Of a DNA stretch of 64,000 bases, positions 9,793 to 20,088 are shown one piece after another. Positions within the stretch are counted from its first letter, which is position 1, and each line of letters starts with the position of its first letter. The translations under genes and the position numbers were made by a program. A model generated the notes under the pieces. It was not told where the DNA came from, made no database searches, and saw nothing but the letters and a program-made list of their open reading frames with translations. Where the stretch lies: contig JACPTF010000002.1 in NCBI GenBank assembly GCA_016192915.1, positions 67,530 through 131,529 of the forward strand, in the 5' to 3' direction. Origin of the DNA: Candidatus Woesearchaeota archaeon. GTDB taxonomy: Archaea; Nanobdellota; Nanobdellia; Woesearchaeales; UBA10216.

Positions 9793-10050
9793 ATGGATGC
9801 TCAGGATGTCATCAAGTACCCGGTAAGCACGGAAAGGACGTTGAGGACCATGGAAGCAGAGAACAAGCTGCTTTTTGTGATTGACAGGAAGGCAACGAAG
9901 GCCGACGTGAAGAAGGCCGTCGAGTCATTGTTCAAGGTCAAGGTTGTGGATGTTAACACTTACATAATGCTTGGGAAGAAGAAGGCTTATGTGAAGTTAA
10001 GCAAAGACAACCCTGCCATTGATATTGCAACCCAATTGGGAATGATGTAA
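9793..10050 (+). CDS. rpl23: Ribosomal protein L23
   Basis: 85 aa; cluster order. Confidence 0.9.
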   Translation: MDAQDVIKYPVSTERTLRTMEAENKLLFVIDRKATKADVKKAVESLFKVKVVDVNTYIMLGKKKAYVKLSKDNPAIDIATQLGMM

Positions 10051-10051
10051 A

Positions 10052-10780
10052 ATGGGAAAGAACCTGATTCAGCAGCGGAGGGGAAAGGGAACGATTAGGT
10101 TCAGGGCTCCAAGCTTCAGGTACATCGGCGAGGCAAGGCACAGGAACTTCACAGAGGCCGAGAGGAACGCCAAGGTTACTGGCACAGTTGTTGCGATTGA
10201 GCACAGCTCAGGCCACTATACGCCCATAGCCCGGGTTCGGTATGATGATAATCAGGAGTCTCTCATGATTGCGCCTGAGGGCGTTAAGATTGGTGATGAG
10301 CTCGAGTCAGGTTTTTCGGCAGTCATTGCAAGCGGCAACACGCTGCCTCTGCTGCAGATTCCTGAGGGCACTCTCGTTTTCAACATTGAAAGCTCTCCTG
10401 GAGATGGCGGGAAGTTTGTAAGAACAACTGGTTTAGCTGCCAAGGTTGTTGAGAGGACTGATAAAAATGTAACTGTTTTGCTGCCGTCTAAAAAGCAGCA
10501 CACCTTTAACCTTTGGTGCCGGGCTACAGTCGGCCTTGTTGCTGGCGCTGGCAGGACAGAGAAGCCCCTGCTCAGGGCAGGCACTAACATGTTCAAGAAG
10601 ATGGCCAGGAATAAGTTCTGGCCTCAGGTCAAGGGCCAGTCTATGAACGCTGTCGCCCACCCTCATGGCGGCTCCCGCTCCTCAAAGAAGAACAAGCCAA
10701 CCATTGCGAAGAGGTTTGCGTCGTCTGGCGGAAATGTTGGCCACTTGAGGCCGAGACGAACTGGAAGAAGAAAGTTGTAG
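10052..10780 (+). CDS. rpl2: Ribosomal protein L2
   Basis: 242 aa; conserved ...AHPHGGS.. L2 motif. Confidence 0.95.
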   Translation: MGKNLIQQRRGKGTIRFRAPSFRYIGEARHRNFTEAERNAKVTGTVVAIEHSSGHYTPIARVRYDDNQESLMIAPEGVKIGDELESGFSAVIASGNTLPLLQIPEGTLVFNIESSPGDGGKFVRTTGLAAKVVERTDKNVTVLLPSKKQHTFNLWCRATVGLVAGAGRTEKPLLRAGTNMFKKMARNKFWPQVKGQSMNAVAHPHGGSRSSKKNKPTIAKRFASSGGNVGHLRPRRTGRRKL

Positions 10781-10793
10781 GCTGTGATTAAGA

Positions 10794-11174
10794 ATGGCAA
10801 GGAAAGAGTTTGTTTTTCACGGGAAGGTCATGGACGAGCTCAAAAATATGAGCTTGAAAGAGTTTGCCCAGCTTTTGCCCGCGAGGCAAAGGAGGACTTT
10901 GCTTAAGGGGCTGAGCGACCTGAACAAGAAGCTGCTTGAGGACATTAAAACCAGCAACAATGTCAGGACGCACTGCAGGGACGTCATCATACTTCCGGAG
11001 ATGGTTGGCAAGACTGTGAAGGTTTACAGCGGCAAGGAGTTTGTGCCTGTCTTGATCATGGCCGAGATGCTGGGCCATTACCTTGGGGAGTTTGTGCTCT
11101 CAAGGAGAAAGGTAGTGCATCACGCTCCGGGCATAGGCGCAACAAAGTCAAGCGCTGCGCTCTCGGTAAGGTGA
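10794..11174 (+). CDS. rps19: Ribosomal protein S19
   Basis: 126 aa; S19/S15e family; cluster order. Confidence 0.9.
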   Translation: MARKEFVFHGKVMDELKNMSLKEFAQLLPARQRRTLLKGLSDLNKKLLEDIKTSNNVRTHCRDVIILPEMVGKTVKVYSGKEFVPVLIMAEMLGHYLGEFVLSRRKVVHHAPGIGATKSSAALSVR

Positions 11175-11695
11175 TTATAATGAAATACGCAACAGCATAT
11201 GATAAGAAGAGTATGGCTAGGGCAATGGGAGTTGCCATTCCGGTTTCCACTAAGAAGACTGTGGAGGTCTGCAGCTTTGTTAAAGGAAGGGAGCTTTCGA
11301 AAGCCATAAGGCTGCTTGAGGGCGTTATTGCCGAGCAGGTTGCTGTGCCTTTTCATAAGTATGCCAAGGGCGGCACCGGCCACAGGCCAGGCATCGGCAC
11401 TGGAAGGTATCCAAAGAATGTCTGTACAGAGGTCATCAAGCTGCTAAGGCAGGCCGAGGCAAACGCGAGGAACAAGGGCATCAACGCTACAGGGCTTGTT
11501 GTCAGCAGCATCCTTGCCAAGAAGGCTGCCAAGGCGTGGCATTTTGGCAGGCAGAGGCGAAGGCAAATGAAGCGAACACATGTTGAGGTTGTTGTGTCAG
11601 AAGCTGCCGAAGCTGCTAAAACAGCAGAGGCAGCAGCACTTGTTGCAAAATCATCAAACCAGAAGGTTAGCAAGCAGGCGAGTGTGAAAAAATGA
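11171..11695 (+). CDS. rpl22: Ribosomal protein L22 with Ala/Lys-rich C-terminal tail
   Basis: 174 aa; L22/L17e core plus tail [17 protein letters not shown]. Confidence 0.9.
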   Translation: MIIMKYATAYDKKSMARAMGVAIPVSTKKTVEVCSFVKGRELSKAIRLLEGVIAEQVAVPFHKYAKGGTGHRPGIGTGRYPKNVCTEVIKLLRQAEANARNKGINATGLVVSSILAKKAAKAWHFGRQRRRQMKRTHVEVVVSEAAEAAKTAEAAALVAKSSNQKVSKQASVKK

Positions 11696-12558
11696 TTGAA
11701 AGGGAATTTGTGGAGCAGAAGAAGAAGGAGTTCCAGATTCAGGAGTTTGTGTCAGAGACTTTGAAGAATGCCGGCCACAGCCATACCAAGCTTCAGAGGA
11801 CTCCTCTCGGCGAGAAAGTTGTCATTTACACCTCAAGGCCGGGCCTTATTGTTGGCAGGAAGGGACAGACAATCTCTAAGCTCACTGAGGTTTTGAAGAG
11901 GAAGTTCGGCCTTGAGAACCCCCAGGTTGAGATCGCTGAGGTTCCAAATCCTCTGCTTGATTCAAGGATTGTTGCAGAGCGGATTGCTTCGGAGCTTGAG
12001 AGGTTCGGCGCTAACAGGTTTAAGGGCATTATGCACAAGGCAGCAGAAGATGTTGTTGCCGGAGGTGCCGTTGGTGTAGAGATTAGGCTGTCCGGCAAGC
12101 TTCCGGGCGCACGAGCCAAGAGCTGGAGGGTCGCTGTCGGTTATTTAAGGAAGTGCGGCGATGCTGCAATGACTTTCGTTGACAAAAAAATAATTTCAGC
12201 CCAGCTTAAGCCAGGCATCATCGGAATCCAGGTCAGGATAATGCCTCCTGGTTTGGTTATGCCTGATGAGATAAGGCTTGCTGATTTAGAGCCGAAGCCT
12301 GAGGCCTCGGCTGTGCAGGGAACAGCGCCAGAGGCTGCAACTGCAACAGTGGACGAAAAAGCCGGCTCTGAAGGGAACAAAGAGACCGTTATTGAGGAAG
12401 TGAAAGAGAAGGAAAAACCTGCAAGAAAGAGAAAATCTGCGGCTGCAAAACCCAAATCCAAAACAGCACCGGCTGCAGCTGAAACAGCAAGTGAAGCATC
12501 TGTTGAAACTAAAGAGGAAAAAGAAGCCCAAGTCGTTGAAACAGGGGAAGAAAAATGA
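11692..12558 (+). CDS. rps3: Ribosomal protein S3 (KH domain) with long K/E/A-rich C-terminal extension
   Basis: 288 aa; KH-domain S3 core; roughly 90-aa low-complexity tail. Confidence 0.9.
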   Translation: MIEREFVEQKKKEFQIQEFVSETLKNAGHSHTKLQRTPLGEKVVIYTSRPGLIVGRKGQTISKLTEVLKRKFGLENPQVEIAEVPNPLLDSRIVAERIASELERFGANRFKGIMHKAAEDVVAGGAVGVEIRLSGKLPGARAKSWRVAVGYLRKCGDAAMTFVDKKIISAQLKPGIIGIQVRIMPPGLVMPDEIRLADLEPKPEASAVQGTAPEAATATVDEKAGSEGNKETVIEEVKEKEKPARKRKSAAAKPKSKTAPAAAETASEASVETKEEKEAQVVETGEEK

Positions 12559-12761
12559 AGGTCGTGAAGGAGCTTAGGTCGCTTGCTGATAATGCTTTGA
12601 AATCGAGGATAACTGAGCTGAAGAAGGAGCTCATGAAGTACAATGCACAGGTTGCCATAGGCACTGTGCCTAAGAATCCTGGCGCTATCCGGAAGGACAA
12701 GCGCATGATTGCGAGGATAATGACGCTGTTAAATGAGAGGAGGCTGGAGCCGAAAGCATGA
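12555..12761 (+). CDS. rpl29: Ribosomal protein L29
   Basis: 68 aa; cluster order. Confidence 0.85.
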   Translation: MKVVKELRSLADNALKSRITELKKELMKYNAQVAIGTVPKNPGAIRKDKRMIARIMTLLNERRLEPKA

Positions 12762-13066
12762 GTGAAACGTGCCCAAAGTGCGGATTGCCAAAGCCGATAT
12801 GCGTCTGCGAGACCATCGCAAAGGAGAGCCAGCGCATACGCGTTTACATGGTCAAGAAGAAATTTGACAAGTTCAGCACGATAGTGGAGGGCTTGGAGAA
12901 AAAATCGATTGATATCAAGGACGTTGCCCGCAAGCTGAAATCTGACCTTGCCTGCGGCGGAACCGTAAAGGCCGGGAGGATTGAGCTTCAGGGGGACCAC
13001 AGGCAGAAAACAAAGAGCTCGCTGGTTAAGATGGGCTTTGCGCCTGAAACAATTGAGGTTCGCTGA
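12758..13066 (+). CDS. sui1: Translation initiation factor SUI1 (aIF1)
   Basis: 102 aa; SUI1 fold motifs; N-terminal CPKCG...CVC zinc knuckle; position after L29 as in archaeal clusters. Confidence 0.85.
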   Translation: MSETCPKCGLPKPICVCETIAKESQRIRVYMVKKKFDKFSTIVEGLEKKSIDIKDVARKLKSDLACGGTVKAGRIELQGDHRQKTKSSLVKMGFAPETIEVR

Positions 13067-13074
13067 GTTACAGG

Positions 13075-13536
13075 GTGGTTATGTTGGCAAAAAAAGCAAA
13101 GGAAGGAACAGCATCGGCGCAGCCGATGCGTAGAGACAGCTTGGCTGTCTCTAAAAATGAAAGTGATGCTGTGGGAGTAGCTGCAGCCGCGCCTGCTTCG
13201 AAACCAGGCGGCAGCCAGCATGACGCAACAGGACTTGGCCTTTCTGTTCCGGATGCGCCCTGCACCGACGGAAACTGCCCGTTCCATGGCAGGCTTAGGC
13301 TGCATGGCCGGCGCCTTACCGGTGTTGTAGCATCTGCAAGGATGAGGAGAACGGCCAACATTGTGATTGAGCGGATGGCATTCGTGAAGAAATATGATAG
13401 GTATGACAGGAGAAAGTCCAAGCTGAAGGTGCATAACCCTGAGTGCATATCCGCAAAGGAAGGGGATAAGGTTGATGTTGTTGAGTGCAGGCCACTCAGC
13501 AAGACAAAGCATTTCGTGATTGTGAGGAAATTGTAA
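13075..13536 (+). CDS. rps17: Ribosomal protein S17 with about 45-aa N-terminal extension
   Basis: Core ...CTDGNCPFHGRLRLHGRRLTGVV...HNPECI...ECRPLSKTKHFVIV matches S17. No RNase P Rpp29 gene lies between sui1 and rps17. Confidence 0.85.
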   Translation: MVMLAKKAKEGTASAQPMRRDSLAVSKNESDAVGVAAAAPASKPGGSQHDATGLGLSVPDAPCTDGNCPFHGRLRLHGRRLTGVVASARMRRTANIVIERMAFVKKYDRYDRRKSKLKVHNPECISAKEGDKVDVVECRPLSKTKHFVIVRKL

Positions 13537-13537
13537 G

Positions 13538-13939
13538 ATGCAGCCAATAAAATCAAGGATAACGAAAGCACTTAACCACGGAAGCTACGTGGAAACGTGC
13601 GATAACTCTGGAGCCAAGCTGCTCAGGGTTATGACATTCATGGGTTCCAAGGGAGTTGCCGGAAGAAAGCCCGCAGGTGGCGTTGGCAGCCTCATAATGG
13701 CATCTGTCAGGAGAGGCACTCCTGAGATGAGGAAGCAGGTGGTCTTTGCAGTCATAGTCAGGCAGCGCAAAGAGTTCAGGAGGCCTTCAGGCGAGAGGAT
13801 AAAGTTTGAGGACAACGCCGCAGTTGTTTTGAAGGATGAGAGCGGCAGCCCAAAAGGCACCCTAATCAAGGGCGCTATTCCGAGGGAGATTGCCGAGCGC
13901 TGGCCCATGGTGTCAAAGCTCGCCACAATCATAGTTTGA
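13538..13939 (+). CDS. rpl14: Ribosomal protein L14
   Basis: 133 aa; strong L14 similarity. Confidence 0.95.
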   Translation: MQPIKSRITKALNHGSYVETCDNSGAKLLRVMTFMGSKGVAGRKPAGGVGSLIMASVRRGTPEMRKQVVFAVIVRQRKEFRRPSGERIKFEDNAAVVLKDESGSPKGTLIKGAIPREIAERWPMVSKLATIIV

Positions 13940-13958
13940 CGTTGCAAGGTAAAGAAAA

Positions 13959-14381
13959 ATGAAACTGTTTTCATTGGCGTGGAAATCAAGTAAGAGGCCC
14001 TCCAAGCAGAGGAAGTACAGGTATAACTCACCTCTTCATTTGAAGAGGAGCTTCCTTGCCGCTCATCTGGCTCCTAACCTTAGCGCAAAGTACAGCACGG
14101 CAAGCATCAATGTAAGGGAGGGCGACACAGTGAAGGTCATGAGAGGGGAATTCAGTGGCTTGACAGGCAAGATTAACAGCGTAAGCACGAGGAAAGGCCT
14201 TGTTTATGTTGACGGCGCTGAGCGCATTAGGAAGGACGGCACAAAGTCGTTCATGCCGCTAAGGCCATCGAACCTTTTGGTTGTGGAAGCAACTATTGAG
14301 GACAAGCGCAGAATTGAGTCATTAACAAGGAAATCTGACGCTAACAGAGGCAAAAACAGTAGGCAAAAGCTTGGAAGTTAG
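13959..14381 (+). CDS. rpl24: Ribosomal protein L24 (KOW)
   Basis: 140 aa; KOW motif GDTVKVMRGEFSG. Confidence 0.9.
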   Translation: MKLFSLAWKSSKRPSKQRKYRYNSPLHLKRSFLAAHLAPNLSAKYSTASINVREGDTVKVMRGEFSGLTGKINSVSTRKGLVYVDGAERIRKDGTKSFMPLRPSNLLVVEATIEDKRRIESLTRKSDANRGKNSRQKLGS

Positions 14382-14384
14382 GGG

Positions 14385-15086
14385 TTGATGATCGTGGCTA
14401 AGAAACACTTGAAGAGGGTCGCTGCACCGGCAACATGGATGATTGGCAGGAAGGAATCTAAGTTCATAGCGATGCCTCGCGGCTCATATAGCCTTGAGCA
14501 GGGGATGCCCCTCATTGCCGTGCTGAAGGATGTGCTTAATCTTGTTAGCACGAGGAAGGAAGGCAAGCGCGTTCTCAATAGCAGGGAAATACTGGTAAAC
14601 GGCATTAGAAGGAAGGATGAGAAGTTCATGATTGGCCTGATGGACGTGCTCACAGTAAAAGAGACAGGCAAGTCTTACAGGATGCTTCTCAACAGGAATA
14701 ACGTGCTGGTACTGGTGCCAATAAGCGAAGCAGAATGTGGAATTAAGCTTTGCAAGATAACCGGCAAGAGTGTAATTAGCAAAGGGAAGCTTCAGCTTTC
14801 GCTCCATGACGGCAGGAGCATTATGGGCTCAAATGAGCACAGGACAGGCGACAGCTTGGTGCTTGAAATGCCTGCCGGCAAGATAAAGCACCACCTCAAG
14901 CTTGAGAAGGGCTGCCAGGCATATCTTATCGGGGGGAGCAATGTTGGCCGCAATGCCATTGTTGAAAATATCTCCGGCGATAAAGTCGCAATCAAGATTG
15001 GCGATGGTGTTGTTGAAGCCGCGCGCAGGTTCGTATTTGTTACGGGCTCTGACAAGCCAGTCATAAAGTCAGTGGTTTCGGTTTAA
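14385..15086 (+). CDS. rps4e: Ribosomal protein S4e
   Basis: 233 aa; S4e family; cluster order. Confidence 0.9.
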   Translation: MMIVAKKHLKRVAAPATWMIGRKESKFIAMPRGSYSLEQGMPLIAVLKDVLNLVSTRKEGKRVLNSREILVNGIRRKDEKFMIGLMDVLTVKETGKSYRMLLNRNNVLVLVPISEAECGIKLCKITGKSVISKGKLQLSLHDGRSIMGSNEHRTGDSLVLEMPAGKIKHHLKLEKGCQAYLIGGSNVGRNAIVENISGDKVAIKIGDGVVEAARRFVFVTGSDKPVIKSVVSV

Positions 15087-15109
15087 TGATTTGAGCAATA
15101 GAGGACAAA

Positions 15110-15688
15110 ATGGCTACAGCTGCAATGCGTGCAACAGGGCAGGCAGTGGTTGCTAGTCAGAGGAATGATGAACAGAATAACGTCATGCGACAGCTCAGGG
15201 TGGCAAAGGTAACTTTGAATATCGGGGCTGGGAAAAGCACTGAGAAGCTTGAGAAGGGCTTGAAGCTGCTTAAGGCTGTTACCGGGTTAGCTCCTGTTAA
15301 AACTTTCACAAACAAGCGCATACCGAACTGGGGATTGAGGCCGGGCTTGCCAATTGGCTGTAAGCTCACCCTGAGAAAGGCCAAGTCATTGGAGCTTCTC
15401 AGGAGGCTTATTCAATCCAGGGACAACAAGCTGAGCAACAGCCAGTTCGATGATGAGGGCAATGTTTCGTTCGGCATTCCGGAATACATAGACATTCCAG
15501 GAGTGAACTATGATCCTTCAATAGGAATAATGGGCCTTGAGGTCTGCATAACCCTTGAAAGGGCGGGCTTCAGGATTAAGAGGAGGAAGGTCATGAAGAG
15601 GAAGATTCCAGCAAGGCACAGGGTGAGCAAGCCTGACGCCATTGGCTTTATGAAAGACAAGTTCGGGGTTACGGTGATTTCAGAATGA
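15110..15688 (+). CDS. rpl5: Ribosomal protein L5
   Basis: 192 aa; L5/L11e family. Confidence 0.9.
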   Translation: MATAAMRATGQAVVASQRNDEQNNVMRQLRVAKVTLNIGAGKSTEKLEKGLKLLKAVTGLAPVKTFTNKRIPNWGLRPGLPIGCKLTLRKAKSLELLRRLIQSRDNKLSNSQFDDEGNVSFGIPEYIDIPGVNYDPSIGIMGLEVCITLERAGFRIKRRKVMKRKIPARHRVSKPDAIGFMKDKFGVTVISE

Positions 15689-15915
15689 CAGTGAGCAGCT
15701 TCAAGAAAATGTTTACACAGCTTAAGGCAAAGCCCGTAATTTTGCAGCGCTACCTTAAGTTCAACAAGCCGAAGGCCAGGAAGTTTGGAAAGGGAATAAA
15801 GCAGTGCCTGCGCTGCGGAAACACACGCGGCTTTATTGAAAAGTATGGCCTTAACCTTTGCAGGAAATGCTTCAGGGACATTGCCACAAACATTGGCTTC
15901 AAGAAATACAGCTGA
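15685..15915 (+). CDS. rps14: Ribosomal protein S14 (zinc-binding type Z)
   Basis: 76 aa; C-x2-C...C-x2-C zinc ribbon; cluster order. Confidence 0.85.
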   Translation: MTVSSFKKMFTQLKAKPVILQRYLKFNKPKARKFGKGIKQCLRCGNTRGFIEKYGLNLCRKCFRDIATNIGFKKYS

Positions 15916-15921
15916 CCTTTT

Positions 15922-16019
15922 CCCAAGTCGACAGCAGTCGCAATTCCGCTCATAGCAGAATGCGCAATCGGGCTTGCCCCGATTTGCGACTGGGCCCAGT
16001 CGCCCAAAGGTGGCTTGGG
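15922..16019. repeat. Modular palindromic repeat element, copy 2, between rps14 and rps8
   Basis: cccaagtcgacagcagtcgc / aattccgc..gaatgcgc / caatcgggc-ttg-ccccgattt / perfect 18-bp palindrome gcgactgggcccagtcgc / ...ggcttggg. Confidence 0.8.
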
Positions 16020-16023
16020 TTAT

Positions 16024-16042
16024 AAAAAGGTCAATCAAAAAA
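16024..16042. repeat. Partial copy of second conserved motif (aaaaggtcaatcaaaaaa)
   Basis: Matches aaaagg(g/t)tcaatccaaaaa seen at 33698, 34742, 63513; lies directly 3' of palindromic copy 2. Confidence 0.5.
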
Positions 16043-16086
16043 CGAAATAAAAAACGAAAATGAACTAAGAAGTGAAGTGATGAAAA

Positions 16087-16476
16087 ATGCTTAATGACCC
16101 GTTGGCTAACGTGCTCTCGGTAATGAACAACGCCGACCAGAAAGGAATGAAGCAGTGCTCTATCAAGCCTTCATCGAAGCTTATTTTGAGCGTGCTAGAA
16201 ATACTTAATGCCAGGCGCTACATCGGCAGCCATAATGTCATTGAGGACGGGCGTGGGGGTATTGTGCAGATCAACCTTATTGGTGCAATCAACAAGTGCG
16301 GCGCGATAAAGCCGAGGTTCTCGGTCGGCAGGGGAAACTACGAGAAGTTCGAGACGCGCTTCCTTCCTGCCAAGGACTTTGGCTTTCTCATTGTCAGCAC
16401 GCCGAAGGGCATAATGACCCACACCGAGGCAAAGGCAAAGGGCTTTGGGGGCAGGTTGCTTGCTTACTGCTACTAG
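16087..16476 (+). CDS. rps8: Ribosomal protein S8
   Basis: 129 aa; S8 family. Confidence 0.9.
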   Translation: MLNDPLANVLSVMNNADQKGMKQCSIKPSSKLILSVLEILNARRYIGSHNVIEDGRGGIVQINLIGAINKCGAIKPRFSVGRGNYEKFETRFLPAKDFGFLIVSTPKGIMTHTEAKAKGFGGRLLAYCY

Positions 16477-16483
16477 ATTAGCA

Positions 16484-17080
16484 ATGAAAACAAAGATGGC
16501 AAAGAATAACAGCAAAACGGGAAAGGGAAATGGTGAATCAGCCAGGATGACTGAGGAGCTTGAGCTGCCAGCTGGCGTGACGGCCGCAGTTACTGTGGGA
16601 GTTCTAACCCTGAATGGCCCTAAGGGTGAGGCTTCTAGAGAGATTAAGGAGCGGAATGCTTTCGTTACAGTGGAAGGTGGCAAGGTCATCATTTCAGCAG
16701 CGAAGGCCGGCAAGCGCGAGAAAAAAACCATGGGCAGCTTGAGGGCACACGTCCTAAACATGGCAAGGGGAGTCAGCGAGGGGCATGTTTACAAGCTCAA
16801 GGTATGCTTTACGCATTTCCCGATTACAGTGCTTGTTTCAGGTAGCCAGCTGCTTGTCAAGAATTTCCTCGGCGAAAAAACGCCGCGCAAGATGAGCCTG
16901 TCTAAGGATGTCAAGGTGAAGGTTGAGGGCGCTGATATTGTCGTTGAGTCTGTGAGCAAGGAAGCCGCAGGGCAGACCGCCGCGGCAATAGAGCAGATTA
17001 CGAAAAGGGCAAACTTTGACACGAGGGTTTTTGCAGATGGCATTTACATTACCGTGAAAGACGGGAAGGATTTTAAGTAA
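16484..17080 (+). CDS. rpl6: Ribosomal protein L6 (start trimmed to internal ATG after rps8 stop)
   Basis: L6 family with duplicated alpha/beta domains; the ORF-track start at 16445 overlaps rps8. Confidence 0.85.
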   Translation: MKTKMAKNNSKTGKGNGESARMTEELELPAGVTAAVTVGVLTLNGPKGEASREIKERNAFVTVEGGKVIISAAKAGKREKKTMGSLRAHVLNMARGVSEGHVYKLKVCFTHFPITVLVSGSQLLVKNFLGEKTPRKMSLSKDVKVKVEGADIVVESVSKEAAGQTAAAIEQITKRANFDTRVFADGIYITVKDGKDFK

Positions 17081-17096
17081 AGTTAAGTGAATTGAA

Positions 17097-17729
17097 ATGG
17101 TTGACGCTAAGTTGCTTGAAGTGAGGAAGGCTGTGAAGAGAAGGAAGCCTAATTTCCAGATTCAGAACTCCAACGACCCCAAGAAAAGGTGGCCTGGGAG
17201 GTGGAAGAGGCCTAAGGGCTTGCAGTCAAAGATGCGCGAGAGGAGAAAGGGCAACCCGAGGTACATTGAGCCAGGCTACGGCTCGCCTGCTGCCTTAAGG
17301 GGCGCAACCACTGAAGGCTTGTTCCCTGTTATTGTGAACAACGTTAGCGGCCTTGGCAATGTGAATGGTGACAGCGGTGTTGTTGTCTCTTCAACAACCG
17401 GGATGAGAAAGAAAACTGGGATAGTCAGGGCCGCGGTTGAACAAAAGCTAAAGCTGCTTAATGTTGATGCTGCCAAGTTCATTAAAGGCGTTGAGGAAAG
17501 TATTGGCTCAAGAAAGAAGAGAAGGCATGAGCTCTTGCAGAAGAGAAAATTCAGGGCGGAATCAAAGAAGCCGCAGCCTGCAGAGGCAACAGCTGCCACA
17601 TCCGCAACAGCAGTGAAAAGTGATGTTAAACCTGCAAAAGATGATATAGAGAGCAAGGTTGATGATGAGGAGAGAAAGAAAGCTGAGAAGGCTGAAAAGG
17701 ACAGGATACTTACAAAACGAAGTGATTGA
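17097..17729 (+). CDS. rpl32e: Ribosomal protein L32e with K/E-rich C-terminal extension
   Basis: 210 aa; L32e core in the N-terminal half; acidic/basic low-complexity tail. Confidence 0.85.
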   Translation: MVDAKLLEVRKAVKRRKPNFQIQNSNDPKKRWPGRWKRPKGLQSKMRERRKGNPRYIEPGYGSPAALRGATTEGLFPVIVNNVSGLGNVNGDSGVVVSSTTGMRKKTGIVRAAVEQKLKLLNVDAAKFIKGVEESIGSRKKRRHELLQKRKFRAESKKPQPAEATAATSATAVKSDVKPAKDDIESKVDDEERKKAEKAEKDRILTKRSD

Positions 17730-17730
17730 A

Positions 17731-18195
17731 ATGATGCTGAATGTTCAAAAGCGATTGGCCTCTGGAATCTTAGGGTGCTCCCCGAAGAGGGTGGTTTTTG
17801 ATACTGAGCGCCTTTCAGACATCAAGGAGGCCATTACAAAGTCTGATCTGAGGGCTTTGATAGAGCAGGGCGCCATAAGGAAGCTTCCCGCTCGCGGCAT
17901 TTCCAGGGGAAGGATCAGGTTCTCCAACGCCCAGAAGAGGAAAGGCAAGAGAAAGGGCCATGGCAGCAGGAAAGGTGCTGCAGGCGCTAGGACTGTCAGG
18001 AAGACAGCTTGGGTTAACAGGGTCAGGCTGCAGAGGCGCTACCTTGCCGGGCTTAGGGAGCGCAAGGTTGTTGATGCTGCCCAGTTTTTTGAGATTTACA
18101 GGAAGATTAAGGGCGGTTTTTTCAGGAGCAAGAGGCACATGGAGCTTTACCTTACGGAAAAGGGAATCTTGAAGAATGCTGGTGATAAAAAATGA
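17731..18195 (+). CDS. rpl19e: Ribosomal protein L19e
   Basis: Start MMLNVQKRLAS matches the L19e N-terminus; the ORF-track start at 17659 is an upstream extension overlapping rpl32e. Confidence 0.85.
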   Translation: MMLNVQKRLASGILGCSPKRVVFDTERLSDIKEAITKSDLRALIEQGAIRKLPARGISRGRIRFSNAQKRKGKRKGHGSRKGAAGARTVRKTAWVNRVRLQRRYLAGLRERKVVDAAQFFEIYRKIKGGFFRSKRHMELYLTEKGILKNAGDKK

Positions 18196-18794
18196 AAAGC
18201 GTGATTGCCATCCCTTTCAGGAGAAGGCTGTCGGGCAGGACTAATTATAGGAGGAGGCTTGCCTTGCTGAAGTCAAGCACCCCAAGGTTGGTTGTGAGAA
18301 AGACATTGACAAGCATAATCTTCCAGGTTGTTGATTTAGCCGAGGGCGGCGATAAGGTTGTGCTCTCCATGACTTCAAAGAAACTGAAGGAGCTCGGCTG
18401 GAATCACAGCTTCAAGAACATTCCTGCAGCTTACCTCGCCGGCTTAATGCTTGGGAAGATGGCCCTGGCGAATGGCGTGGGCGAGGTTATACCTGATATA
18501 GGGTTCCAGAGCGTTACCAGGGGCGGGAAGATTTTTGCGGCAATCAAGGGGGCCAGGGACGCTGGCCTGAATGTCCAGGTTTCGGATGATGTTGTTCCAA
18601 GTAGCGACGCAATTACCGGCTCAAAGATAGCCACATACGCAAAGGCAGCCAAGCCAGTGCAGTTTGCAAGCGCTGGCACCGCTGCGGTTAAGATTACTGA
18701 GGACTTTGAGAAGGCAAAGGTGGCGATTGCTGCCTGGCAATTTAAGAAGGCAGCCCCCGAAAAAAATGTGGATGCTGCCTCTAAGAGGAAGTGA
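18192..18794 (+). CDS. rpl18: Ribosomal protein L18
   Basis: 200 aa; L18/L5e family. Confidence 0.85.
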   Translation: MKSVIAIPFRRRLSGRTNYRRRLALLKSSTPRLVVRKTLTSIIFQVVDLAEGGDKVVLSMTSKKLKELGWNHSFKNIPAAYLAGLMLGKMALANGVGEVIPDIGFQSVTRGGKIFAAIKGARDAGLNVQVSDDVVPSSDAITGSKIATYAKAAKPVQFASAGTAAVKITEDFEKAKVAIAAWQFKKAAPEKNVDAASKRK

Positions 18795-19609
18795 GTTGGA
18801 AGAATATGGATAAGCGCAATACATTTAGAACAAGAAAGCCGGTAAGGCGAAAGGACCGTTTCAAGCCTGTTGAGCTTACAGAAGAGGAACGGCTGCGGCA
18901 GGCTGAGCGCATGAAGGTCAGCATTGAGGCCTGGAAGCCCAGGACAGAGCTTGGCAGGAAAGTCAAGAGTGGCGAGATAACGTCCATTGACCAGATACTT
19001 GACGCGGGCCAGCGCATTATGGAACAGGAAATCGTTGACGCGCTTATGAGTAACTTGAGCAGCGACTTGTTGATGATTGGCCAGTCAAAGGGAAAGTTTG
19101 GTGGCGGCCAGCGAAGGGCTTTCAAGCAAACCCAGAAAAAGACAGCCGAGGGCAACAAGCCCAGCTTTGCAACGATGGTTGTTATTGGCAACAGGAATGG
19201 TTACATAGGCATGGGCTATGGAAAGTCCAAGGAAACTGTTCTTTCAAGAGAGAAGGCTCTCAGGAACGCCAAGCTTAACATAATCAAGATCAGAAGGGGA
19301 TGCGGAAGCTGGCAGTGCGGCTGCAAAACCGCCCACACGATTCCGTTCAAGGTTGTCGGCAAGTGCGGCTCTGTCAAGATTGAGCTCATGCCAGCTCCAA
19401 AGGGCAGCGGCCTTACGGTTGCTAAGGAGTGCAGGAAGATTCTTGCCCTTGCAGGCATTCAGGATGTCTGGAGCAAGACATTCGGCCAGACCGGGACAAC
19501 AATTAACCTGTCTACGGCCTGCTTTGAGGCGCTGAAAAGCCTTGGCGAGAGAAAGGTTCAGCCCGAGAATATTGAAAGCCTTGGCATTGTTGATGGCGCT
19601 AAGGCATAA
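18791..19609 (+). CDS. rps5: Ribosomal protein S5
   Basis: 272 aa; S5 dsRBD and C-terminal domain. Confidence 0.9.
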   Translation: MSWKNMDKRNTFRTRKPVRRKDRFKPVELTEEERLRQAERMKVSIEAWKPRTELGRKVKSGEITSIDQILDAGQRIMEQEIVDALMSNLSSDLLMIGQSKGKFGGGQRRAFKQTQKKTAEGNKPSFATMVVIGNRNGYIGMGYGKSKETVLSREKALRNAKLNIIKIRRGCGSWQCGCKTAHTIPFKVVGKCGSVKIELMPAPKGSGLTVAKECRKILALAGIQDVWSKTFGQTGTTINLSTACFEALKSLGERKVQPENIESLGIVDGAKA

Positions 19610-19635
19610 ACTTATTGTTACACCGAGTGGTAAAT

Positions 19636-20082
19636 ATGGAAAAAACAAAATCCGGAATTGGAAGGCAGCTGGCCGTCATCCGCTTGAGGGGCAGAACAGG
19701 GCTCAATCATAGTGTTGCGGTTACGCTTGACCTGCTTAACATACGGCGCGTCAACCACTGTGCTGTAGTTCCGGACACTCCGGAAGTGGTTGGAATGGTG
19801 AAGAAGGCAAAGGATTACATAACGTGGGGCCCGATAGACGATGACACGCTGAAGGCCATTGTTGAAAAGCGAGGCGAGGCAGTTGAGGCGGCAACAGCTC
19901 CCGGTACGAAGTCAAATAAAAAATCTTTTGCTTTCAACGGGAAGAATTACAGGCCTTATTTCAGGCTTAGCCCTGCCAAAGGCGGCCTTGGCAAGAGGGG
20001 GATAAAAGCATCTTTCACCAATTCAGGCGCCCTTGGCGATAGGAAGGAAAAGATAAATGATTTGATTAAGAAGATGCTGTGA
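19636..20082 (+). CDS. rpl30: Ribosomal protein L30
   Basis: LAVIRLRGR motif near N-terminus; cluster order. Confidence 0.85.
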   Translation: MEKTKSGIGRQLAVIRLRGRTGLNHSVAVTLDLLNIRRVNHCAVVPDTPEVVGMVKKAKDYITWGPIDDDTLKAIVEKRGEAVEAATAPGTKSNKKSFAFNGKNYRPYFRLSPAKGGLGKRGIKASFTNSGALGDRKEKINDLIKKML

Positions 20083-20088
20083 TGTGCC